Part shown: one piece after another, positions 1-8,512 of the stretch | Numbering within the stretch: position 1 is the first letter of the stretch | Layout: each line of letters opens with the position of its first letter | Assembly (NCBI GenBank): GCA_963843975.1 | Contig: CAWJMG010000003.1 | Span: forward strand, 750,001-782,000 | DNA: 32,000 bases | Reading direction: 5' to 3' | Source of the DNA: an uncultured Actinomycetes bacterium | GTDB lineage: Bacteria > Actinomycetota > Actinomycetes > S36-B12 > CAIYMF01 | The notes under the pieces: generated by a model | Database searches by the model: none | What the model was told of the DNA's origin: nothing | Seen by the model: only the letters and a program-made list of their open reading frames with translations | Translations under genes and position numbers: made by a program

Positions 1-538
1 GCTGGACGATGCGGGTGGCGGCGCTGCTGTCGTCGGGGCGGCGGTAGCCGAAGGTGACCGCGCGGCGGAGTCGGACGGCCTCGTAAAGCGTGGGGAACGA
101 CGGCTCCGCGGTCGCGACCCGGGTCTCGATACCGACCGGGCCCTCGACGATCGTGCCGCCGGCTGCCTCGAGCTTGCGCAGGGCGCTCTGGGCAGCCGGG
201 CCGAGGCTGGCCTGCTCCCACACGCGCGCGGCCAGGCCGACCACGGCGAGCTCGTCGGTCGTGAGCGCGATCTCGGGGAGCGCGTACTCGCTCGCAGCGA
301 CGCGGTAGCCCTCGATGCCGCCGGATCCGTCGGACCCCTCCACCGTCTCGATCGGGACGCCCATCGAGCGCAGCTCCTCCTTGTCGCGCTCGAACATGCG
401 CTCGAAGGCCTCGTCTGAGGGGCTGTCGCGGTAGGCCTCGACGGCGTCGCGCAGGAAGCTCTTGGGCACCGGGCGCGAGGACGCCATGAGCGCGAACAGC
501 AGGTTGAGCAGCCGCTCGGTGCGGTCCTTCTGGCTCAT
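1..538 (-). CDS. pafB: PafB/PafC-type HTH-WYL transcriptional regulator, N-terminal 179 codons (3' end lies beyond the window)
   Basis: Absent from the ORF track because it runs off the left edge. The reverse complement of 1-538 is stop-free from ATG (536-538): MSQKDRTERLLNLLFALMASSRPVPKSFLRDAVEAYRDSPSDEAFERMFERDKEELRSMGVPIETVEG...PVTFGYRRPDD. The HTH N-terminus followed by the start of a WYL-type region is typical of PafB/PafC. It sits downstream of pafA, as in other actinobacteria. Confidence 0.7.
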   Translation of the reverse strand, partial: MSQKDRTERLLNLLFALMASSRPVPKSFLRDAVEAYRDSPSDEAFERMFERDKEELRSMGVPIETVEGSDGSGGIEGYRVAASEYALPEIALTTDELAVVGLAARVWEQASLGPAAQSALRKLEAAGGTIVEGPVGIETRVATAEPSFPTLYEAVRLRRAVTFGYRRPDDSSAATRIVQ

Positions 539-575
539 CGCTCCCCCACGGGTGTCGTACGGCGAGGACCTCGGT

Positions 576-619
576 CTGGATGCGTGGGAGGCACGTGGAC
601 GTGCCTCCCACGCATCCAG
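576..619 (-). terminator. Perfect 21-bp inverted repeat (stem-loop) between the fkbp stop and the pafB start; candidate intrinsic terminator or attenuator without a U-tract
   Basis: Plus strand CTGGATGCGTGGGAGGCACGT (576-596), GG, ACGTGCCTCCCACGCATCCAG (599-619). The arms are exact reverse complements. It starts 23 nt downstream of the FKBP stop codon (642-644) on the minus strand. Confidence 0.45.
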
Positions 620-641
620 TGCGGATCCGGGGCCTGGTGCG

Positions 642-1001
642 TCAGCTGACGCCGAGCAGGTCGATCACGAACACGAGCGTCTTGCCCGACAGGCGGTGGC
701 CGCCGCCCGCGGGGCCGTAGGCCAGGTGCGGCGGGCAGACGAGCTGGCGGCGTCCGCCGACCTTCATACCCGGGATGCCCTCCTGCCAGCCCGCGATGAG
801 GCGGTTCAGCGGGAAGTTGACGGACTGGCCGCGGCCCCAGCTGGAGTCGAACTCCTCGAGGGTGTCGAACTCGACGCCGAGGTAGTGCACGTCGACGGTC
901 GCACCGGGCGTGGCCTCGGCGCCGTCACCCACGACGATGTCGGTGATGACGAGCTCGGTCGGGGCCTCGTCGCCCACGAACTCGATCTCGGGCTTGTCCA
1001 T
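642..1001 (-). CDS. FKBP-type peptidyl-prolyl cis-trans isomerase (cytosolic, 119 aa)
   Basis: Intact ORF with an FKBP core: VHYLGVEFDTLEEFDSSWGRGQSVNFPLNRLIAGWQEGIPGMKVGGRRQLVCPPHLAYG. Confidence 0.9.
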   Translation of the reverse strand: MDKPEIEFVGDEAPTELVITDIVVGDGAEATPGATVDVHYLGVEFDTLEEFDSSWGRGQSVNFPLNRLIAGWQEGIPGMKVGGRRQLVCPPHLAYGPAGGGHRLSGKTLVFVIDLLGVS

Positions 1002-1056
1002 GGTCGGTCTCCTCGTGGGTTCGGCCGTGCTGATGGGGTTGTGCCGGGAGGTCAGA

Positions 1057-1638
1057 TCACTTGGCGGGAGCGGTCTCGCCCGGGTTGATGTAGTTGACCA
1101 TGTCGACCACGAAGACCAGCACCTCGTTCGGCTGGATGTCGGCGCTCGGCGGGTTGGCGCCGTACGCGAGATCGCCGGGGATGATCAGGAGGCGGCGTCC
1201 ACCCAGCTTCATGCCCGGGATGCCCTGCGTCCAGCCGGCGATGACCTGGTCGAGGCCGAACTCCGACGGCTGGCCACGGTCGAACGAGGAGTCGAACTGC
1301 TTCTTCGTCGATGCACCTACGCCGGCGTAGTCGGCGAGCACGGTGGCCCCTGCGAGGACCGGGTCACCGGTGCCCTCGACGAGGTCGACGACCTGCAGCT
1401 GGGTGACGTCCTTGGTCTGGTCGCCGATCGTGATGACCGGCTTCTCGCCGAAGCCGCCCTCGACCTTCACGCCGCTGGCGTCGTTGCCGATGCCTTCCTG
1501 GGCCGGCGCCGAGGAGGTGGCAGCGGGAGCGGACGAGCCGGCTCCGGACTGGGTCTCCGTCGAGCTGCCGCAGGCCGACAGGACGAGCGACACGGACAGG
1601 GCGAGGGTCGCGGGGGCGACGAGGCGGGAGCGCTTCAT
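1057..1638 (-). CDS. FKBP-type peptidyl-prolyl isomerase lipoprotein (193 aa)
   Basis: Intact ORF. N-terminal signal peptide with lipobox LVLSAC. C-terminal FKBP domain [46 protein letters not shown]. Confidence 0.88.
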   Translation of the reverse strand: MKRSRLVAPATLALSVSLVLSACGSSTETQSGAGSSAPAATSSAPAQEGIGNDASGVKVEGGFGEKPVITIGDQTKDVTQLQVVDLVEGTGDPVLAGATVLADYAGVGASTKKQFDSSFDRGQPSEFGLDQVIAGWTQGIPGMKLGGRRLLIIPGDLAYGANPPSADIQPNEVLVFVVDMVNYINPGETAPAK

Positions 1639-1713
1639 GATCCCCGACCCTAACCCGATCCGACGGCCTTTCCGTGCACGGGACCCCGGCCGAGGGCCGG
1701 TGCCCGGAGACGG

Positions 1714-3085
1714 TCACATGCTCGCGATGAGCTTCTCGACGCGCTCGTCGACGGAACGGAACGGGTCCTTGCAGAGCACGGTGCGCTGCGCCTGGTCGTT
1801 GAGCTTCAGGTGGACCCAGTCGACGGTGAAGTCCCGGCGACGCTCCTGCGCCTTCTTGATGAACTCCCCGCGCAGCTTGGCCCGCGTGGTCTGCGGCGGC
1901 AGCGTCTTCGCCTCGAAGATCGGCAGGTCGCTGCTCACCCGTGCGACGGCACCGCGCTTCTCCAGCAGGTAGTAGAGGCCCCGGCTGCGGGTGATGTCGT
2001 GGTACGCGAGGTCCATCTGCGCGATGCGCGGGCTCGAGAGCGGCAGGTCGTGCTTGGCCATGTACCTCTCGAGCAGGCGCAGCTTGATGACCCAGTCGAT
2101 CTCGCGCTCGACGAGGCCGAGGTCGCCGGTCTCGACGGCGCGGACCGAGCGGGTCCAGAGGTCGAGGACCCGCGAGTGGATGCTGTCCGGGTCGCTCGTG
2201 AGGCCGCGGCGCTCGGCGAAGTCGCGAGCCCGGTCGAGGTACTCCGTCTGGATCTGCAGGGCCGACAGCTCGCGCCCGTTCGCCAGGCGGACCGTCTTGC
2301 GACCGGTCGGGTCGTGGCTGATCTCGCGGATGGCCCGGATCGGGTTCTCCAGCGTCATGTCGCGCAGCACCGAGCCGTGCTCGAGCATGCGCAGCACGAG
2401 GTCGGTGCTGCCCACCTTGAGCATCGTGGTGGTCTCGCTCATGTTGGAGTCGCCGACGATCACGTGCAGGCGCCGGTAGCGCTCGGCGTCCGCGTGGGGC
2501 TCGTCGCGGGTGTTGATGATGGGGCGTGACCGTGTGGTGGCGCTGGAGACGCCCTCCCAGATGTGCTCGGCCCGCTGGCTCACGCAGTAGACGGCTCCGC
2601 GGGGCGTCTGCAGCACCTTGCCGGCGCCGCAGACGATCTGGCGCGAGACGAGGAACGGGATGAGCGTGTCCGCGAGCTCGGAGAACTCGCCGTGGCGGCC
2701 CACGAGGTAGTTCTCGTGGCAGCCGTAGGAGTTGCCGGCCGAGTCGGTGTTGTTCTTGAACAGGTAGACGTCGCCGGCGATGCCCTCCTCCTGGAGGCGC
2801 TTCTCGGCATCGACCAGGAGGCCCTCGAGGATCCGCTCCCCCGCCTTGTCGTGCGTGACCAGCTCGGTGATCTGGTCGCACTCCGGAGTGGCGTACTCGG
2901 GGTGGCTGCCGACGTCGAGGTAGAGGCGGGCACCGTTGCGCAGGAAGACGTTGCTGCGAGCGGCCCCACGACACCACGCGGCGGAACAGGTAGCGGGCGA
3001 CCTCGTCCGGGGAGAGGCGCCGCTGCCCCCGGAAGGTGCAGGTGACGCCGTACTCGGTCTCGATCCCGAAGATCCGCCGGTCCAC
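1714..3085 (-). pseudogene. pafA: Pup--protein ligase PafA, frame interrupted by one extra base at about 2956 (pseudogene or sequence error)
   Basis: Codons 1-43 ([43 protein letters not shown]) lie in the frame of ORF 1364..3085. The rest ([26 protein letters not shown]...[14 protein letters not shown]) lies in ORF 1714..3141. Removing one base gives 456 aa, close to the ~452 aa I recall for mycobacterial PafA. Confidence 0.93.
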
Positions 3086-3165
3086 GTGGCCACCCTAGGC
3101 ACGAGTACGCCGGACGCGCAGTCCGGCGCGCACGGCGTCACGCACCAGTAACGAGCGACGTCCTG

Positions 3166-3913
3166 CTAGGCGGGATCGCCCGCGGCGTCGTCGCTGTCGT
3201 CGTCGACCCCGAGGAGGTCGGCGAGGCGGGGCCCGTTGATGCGGCGGAACTTCCGACGCGGCCGGGCCCGGTCGAGGATCGCGACCTCGAGCTGAGCCGG
3301 GGTGAGCACGCGCGTCTCGCCCTCGGCGCCGTTGCCGGCCACCGGCGCCGAGCCCAGCAGCTCGACTGCGAGCTGCAGCGCGGCCTCGAGCGACATCCCC
3401 TCGCTCCACCGCTCGCGCAGCGCCGTGGTGATCTGGTCGGCCGAGCCGCCCATCGCGACGAAGCCGTGCTCGTCCCCCACCGACCCGTCGAAGGTCAGGC
3501 GGTAGAGCTGGTCGTCGTGCACCGTCTCGCCGATCTCGGCGACGACGATCTCGACCTCGTACGGCTTCTGCGTCTCGGTGAAGATGGTGCCGAGGGTCTG
3601 GGCGTAGGCATTGGCGAGGCTGCGGCCGGTGACGTCGCGGCGGTCGTACGAGTAGCCGCGCAGGTCGGCCAGGCGCACGCCCGCGACTCGGAGGTTCTCG
3701 AACTCGTTGTACTTGCCGACCGCGGCGAAGGCGATGCGGTCGTAGATCTCGCAGATCTTGTGCAGCGCGCGGGAGCGGGTTCTCGGCGACGAACAGCAGT
3801 CCGTCGGCGTACTGAAGGACGATCACACTGCGGCCGCGGGCGATGCCCTTGCGCGCGTAGTCGGCCTTGTCCTTGATGACCTGCTCGGGCGAGACATAGA
3901 ACGGGACGCTCAT
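3166..3913 (-). pseudogene. prcA: Proteasome subunit alpha PrcA, frame interrupted by one extra base at about 3775
   Basis: [46 protein letters not shown] lies in ORF 3095..3913. It continues as [51 protein letters not shown]... in the frame of ORF 3166..3678. The repaired length is 248 aa. Confidence 0.93.
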
Positions 3914-3916
3914 GGC

Positions 3917-4778
3917 TCACTCCCCTCCGGCGGTCAGCGGCGCGTTGGGACCGTCCGGCCGGGTCTGGCGGGCGGCCACGACCGAGCGGACGAGCGGGTC
4001 GAGCTCGGCCTCGGAGAGGCGGCGGTAGCCGTCGACGTCGACCATCGCCACCACCGGCAGGATGCCGCGGGCGAGGTCGGGGCCGCCGGTGGCCGAGTCG
4101 TCGTCAGCCGCGTCGTACAGGCTCTCGATGACGACGCGCACGGCCTCGTCGGGCGTGAGGTCGTCGCGCCAGAGCTTCTTGAGCGCGCCCCGCGCGAAGA
4201 GGGATCCGGAGCCGACGCTGTGGTGGCGGTGCTCCTCGTACCGACCGCCGGTGACGTCGTAGCTGAAGATCCGGCCGCCGCTGGTCTCGGCGTCGTACCC
4301 CGCGAACAGGGGCACGACCGCGAGGCCCTGCATCGCCATGCCGAGGTTGCCGCGGATGCAGGGTCGCGAGGCGGTTGGCCTTGCCGTCGACCGAGAGCTG
4401 CGCGCCCTCGATCTTCTCGTAGTGCTCGAGCTCGACCTGGAACAGCTTCACCATCTCGACCGCGAGGCCTGCGGTGCCGGCGATGCCGACGCAGCTGGAC
4501 TCGTCCGCCGCGAAGACCTTCTCGATGTCCTTCTGCGCGATGATGTTGCCCATCGTGGCGCGGCGGTCGCCGGCCATGACCACGCCGCCCGCGAAGGTCA
4601 GCGCGACGATCGTGGTGCCGTGCACCGACTCGGGGACCGATCCCGCCGGGAGCGACCGGCCGCCCGGGAGCAGCGTGGGGTCGTGCGTGGCCAGGAACTC
4701 GGCGAAGGACGACGAACCCGTCGCGGTGAACGCCGACGACAGGGTGCCCCCGAACCGTCCCTGCTGCGCTGAGGTCAC
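3917..4778 (-). pseudogene. prcB: Proteasome subunit beta PrcB, frame interrupted by one extra base at about 4358
   Basis: ORF 4104..4778 holds the propeptide and the mature start (...VHG|[21 protein letters not shown]...[12 protein letters not shown]). It continues as [22 protein letters not shown]...[13 protein letters not shown] in ORF 3917..4339. The GTG start overlaps the pup stop (GTGA). The repaired length is 286 aa. Confidence 0.93.
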
Positions 4779-4990
4779 TGTCCGCCCTTCTGGACGAAGC
4801 CGCGGACGAACTCCTCGGCGTTGGTCTCGAGCGCCTCGTCGATGTCCTCGAGGATCGCGTCGATGTCGGCGTCGAGCGCCTCCTTGCGCTCGGCGAGGTC
4901 GCTCGTCGCAGCCGTGGTCTCCTCGACCTGGTCGACGTCGGCGTCCGTGCGGCTCTTGTGCGCGTGCTCGCCGGTGTCCCGGGTGGGCAT
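4775..4990 (-). CDS. pup: Prokaryotic ubiquitin-like protein Pup (71 aa, intact)
   Basis: [71 protein letters not shown]. It has the canonical C-terminal GGQ and sits between dop and prcB. The start is taken at the internal ATG (4988-4990) of ORF 4775..5050. Confidence 0.92.
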   Translation of the reverse strand: MPTRDTGEHAHKSRTDADVDQVEETTAATSDLAERKEALDADIDAILEDIDEALETNAEEFVRGFVQKGGQ

Positions 4991-5153
4991 GGTGCCTCCA
5001 CGAGGTGTGACCCGACGTCCGAAGTCGGGGCTGGTCTCGACCCTATACACGGCGGTCGCCGCACGCGCTCCGGTACACCCCGCGCCGTGAACCTGATCGA
5101 TCCGTCGCCTCCCGGCCCGGGAAGCAGCGGATTGATCAGTGCGAGCGGTGGGG

Positions 5154-6670
5154 TCAGGTGTTCAGGGCGTGCAGGAGGTCGGCTGCCGTGGGGCTCGCGT
5201 CCAGCAGGGGGCCGACGGCTGCCCGGGTGCCGCGCAGGGGCTCGAGGGTGGGCACGCGCTGCAGCGCGTCGCGACCGGGCACGTCGAAGATGACCGAGTC
5301 CCACGACGCCGCGGCGACGTGGTCGGCGTACCGGCGCATGCACTCGCCGCGGAACCAGGCTCGCGTGTCGGCCGGCGGGTTGGCCACCGCGGCCTCGACC
5401 TCGGCGTCGGTCGTGATCCGCTCCAGGCTCCCCGCGCAGCTGCAGCCGCTGCGCCAGGCCCTTGTCGGGCCGCACGTCGCTGTACTGCAGGTCGACGAGG
5501 TGCAGCCGCGCGTGGTCCCACTCGATCTGGTCGCGCGAGCGGTAGCCCTCGAGGATCGCGAGCTTGGCGATCCAGTCGAGCTCGGACGACAGGCTCATCG
5601 GGTCGGTCTCGAGCCGGCCCAGCACCGACTCCCACCGGTCGAGGACGTCGGCCGTCTGCGCGTCGACGTCGTCGCCGAGGGTGTTCTCGACGTGCTTTCG
5701 TGCCTGCTCGAGGAACTCCATCTGCATCTGCACCGCGGTGATCCGCCGGCCCGACCGCAGCGTGAGCAGGTGCGTCAGCGACGGGTCGTGCGACACGCGG
5801 TGCATCTCGCGCACCGGCTCGTCGAGCACGGCGTCGATCTCGAGCGTGCCGGCCTCGATCATCGCGAGGACGAGCGAGGTGGTGCCCATCTTGAGGTACG
5901 TGGACACCTCGGCGAGGTTGGCGTCGCCCACGATCACGTGCAGCCGCCGGTACTTCTCCGGGTCTGCGTGCGGCTCGTCGCGCGTGTTGATGATCGGTCG
6001 CTTGAGCGTGGTCTCGAGGCCGACCTCGACCTCGAAGAAGTCGGCGCGCTGGGACACCTGGAACCCGTGGGTGCGGCCGTCCTGGCCGATGCCGACACGA
6101 CCGGCGCCCGTGACGACCTGGCGGGAGACGAAGAACGGCGTCAGGTGCCGCACGATCTCGGCGAACGGCGTGCTGCGCGCGCATGAGGTAGTTCTCGTGC
6201 GTGCCGTACGACGCGCCCTTGTTGTCGGTGTTGTTCTTGTAGAGGTTCACGGGCTGCGCGCCCGGGAGGTCTGCGGACGAGGTCGGTGGCGCGGGCCATG
6301 ATGCGCTCGCCGGCCTTGTCCCAGATCACGCCGTCGCGCGGGTTCGTCACCTCGGGGCTGGAGTACTCCGGGTGGGCGTGGTCGACGTACAGCCGCGCCG
6401 CCGTTGGTGAGGATGACGTTGGCCAGCCCGAGGTCGTCGTCGGTGAGCTGGCTCGGGTCGGCATCCGCCCGCGTCATGTCGAAGCCGCGTGCGTCGCGGA
6501 GCGGGTTCTCCTCGTCGTAGTCCCAGCGCGCGCGCGGGCGCCCCGCGCGACCGAGGCGGCGTACGACGTTGACCACCTGAGAGCTGCGTCATCATCGCGT
6601 TGACGTGCGGGTGCCCGGGCACCGAGACGCCGTACTCGGTCTCGATGCCCATCACGCGATGGACGCTCAC
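5154..6670 (-). pseudogene. dop: Pup deamidase/depupylase Dop, frame interrupted by five extra bases (about 6586, 6398, 6273, 6175, 5434)
   Basis: The segments run [28 protein letters not shown] / [36 protein letters not shown]...LANVILTNG / [41 protein letters not shown] / [31 protein letters not shown] / [28 protein letters not shown]...[19 protein letters not shown] / [29 protein letters not shown]...PTLEPLRGT. They lie in successive frames (ORFs 6347..6967, 6247..6576, 6141..6464, 5162..6250, 3934..6153, 5154..5387). The repaired length is 503 aa. Confidence 0.92.
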
Positions 6671-6684
6671 GTGGCACCGCCGCC

Positions 6685-8339
6685 TTAGAGGTACTGGCCG
6701 GTGTTGGCGACCGTGTCGATCGAGCGCCCTGCCTCGGTGCCCTGCTTGCCCTGGATGAGCGTGCGGATGAACACGATCCGCTCGCCCTTCTTGCCCGAGA
6801 TGCGGGCCCAGTCGTCGGGGTTGGTGGTGTTGGGCAGGTCCTCGTTCTCGCGGAACTCGTCGACGCAGGCGGCGAGCATGTGCTGCACGCGGATGCCGCG
6901 CTGGCCCGTGCTCGAGGAGGTCCTTGATCGCCATCTTCTTGGCGCGGGCCACGATGTTCTCGATCATCGCGCCGCGAGTTGAAGTCCTTGAAGTACAGGA
7001 CCTCCTTGTCGCCGTTGGCGTAGGTGACCTCGAGGAACCGGTTCTCCTCGGTCTCGGTGTACATCCGCTCGACGGCGCGCTGGATCATCCCGCGGCACGT
7101 CGCGACCGGGTCGCCACCGTGCTCGGCGAGGTCCTCGGGGTGCAGCGGCAGGTCGGGCGTCAGGTACTTGGTGAAGATGTCGCGCGCGCGCCTCGGCGTC
7201 GGGGCGCTCGATCTTGATCTTCACGTCGAGGCGGCCCGGGCGCAGGATCGCCGGGTCGATCATGTCCTCGCGGTTCGAGGCGCCGATGACGATGACGTTC
7301 TCGAGGCCCTCGACGCCGTCGATCTCGCTGAGCAGCTGCGGGACGATCGTGTTCTCGACGTCGCTGCGACACGCCCGAGCCACGGGTGCGGAAGAGCGAG
7401 TCCATCTCGTCGAAGAACACGATGACGGGCATGCCCTCGGACGCCTTCTCGCGCGCCCGCTGGAACACCAGCCGGATGTGCCGCTCGGTCTCGCCGACGT
7501 ACTTGTTGAGCAGCTCCGGGCCCTTGATGTTGAGGAAGAACGACCGCCCCTCGGCCTTCCCTTCGACCTCGGCGACCTTCTTGGCCAGCGAGTTGGCGAC
7601 GGCCTTGGCGATGAGCGTCTTGCCGCAGCCGGGCGGGCCGTAGAGCAGGATCCCCTTCGGCGGCTTGAGCTCGTGCTCGCGGAAGAGGTCGGCGTGCAGG
7701 TACGGCAGCTCGACGGCGTCGCGGATCTCCTCGATCTGCGCGGCGAGTCCGCCGATGTCGCCGTAGTCGATGTCCGGGACCTCCTCGAGGACGAGCTCCT
7801 CGACCTCGGCCTTCGGGATCTTCTCGAACACGTAGCTGCGAGCGCGCCTCGAGCAGCAGCGAGTCGCCGGCGCGCAGCGTGCGCGCCGATGAGAGGTGCT
7901 GCGAGGCGGACGACGCGCTCCTCGTCGGAGTGCGCGATCACCAGGGCGCGCTCGCCGTCCTCGAGGATCTCCTTGAGCATGACGATCTCGCCGTGACGCT
8001 CGAACTCGCGCGCCGCGACGACGTTGAGGGCCTCGTTCAGCACGACCTCCTGGCCGGGGCGCAGCTCGTCGGACGTCGACGCCGGGGCTGCACGACGACA
8101 CGCATCTTGCGGCCCGCGGTGAAGACGTCGACGGTGCCGTCGTCGAAGCGTTCGAGGAAGACGCCGTACCCGTTCGGCGGCTCGGCAAGCCGGTCGACCT
8201 CCTCCTTGAGCGCCACGATCTGGTCGCGGGCGTCCTTGAGGGTGGAGACCAGGCGCTGGTTCTGCGCGGACGCCGCCGCCAGCTCGCTCTGGAGCTGGGT
8301 GACGCGCGGATCCGGCGCGCGCTCGTCGGAGTACGTCAC
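6685..8339 (-). pseudogene. arc: Proteasome-associated AAA ATPase ARC/Mpa, frame interrupted by eight extra bases (about 8090, 8071, 7881, 7838, 7366, 7186, 6975, 6905)
   Basis: GTG start at 8339 preceded by GGGAGG. N-terminal coiled coil: [61 protein letters not shown]. Also present: Walker A GPPGCGKT, Walker [10 protein letters not shown], and a C-terminal ...TVANTGQYL (the proteasome-docking GQYL tail). The segments are spread over ORFs 8037..8834, 6964..8409, 7160..8188, 6474..7088, 6347..6967 and 6685..6888. The repaired length is 548 aa. Confidence 0.92.
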
Positions 8340-8512
8340 GGTGCTTACCTCCCGTGCGTCCGCCCCGGTGGGGTCCACCGCGGCTGGGCCGTTTCTCGAC
8401 CCTACCCACGTCGACCGGTTCTGCGCGCGCGCTGAGGGACGAGCCGCGCGTCGCAACGAAGACGTAACCCGCCGGGCACGCTGGCCAGACGTCCGGAATC
8501 CGTCCCGGCCGG

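Noticed and set aside
1364-3085. 573-aa ORF starting at the true pafA ATG
   Set aside because: Only the first 43 codons are PafA. The remainder is the wrong frame after the 2956 insertion and continues through the downstream FKBP lipoprotein gene.
3934-6153. 739-aa minus-strand ORF that looks like one very large protein
   Set aside because: It is a chimera created by frameshifts. Its first ~240 residues are the genuine central block of Dop ([17 protein letters not shown]...[18 protein letters not shown]). After the 5434 insertion it reads out of frame through the dop 3' end, pup and prcB.
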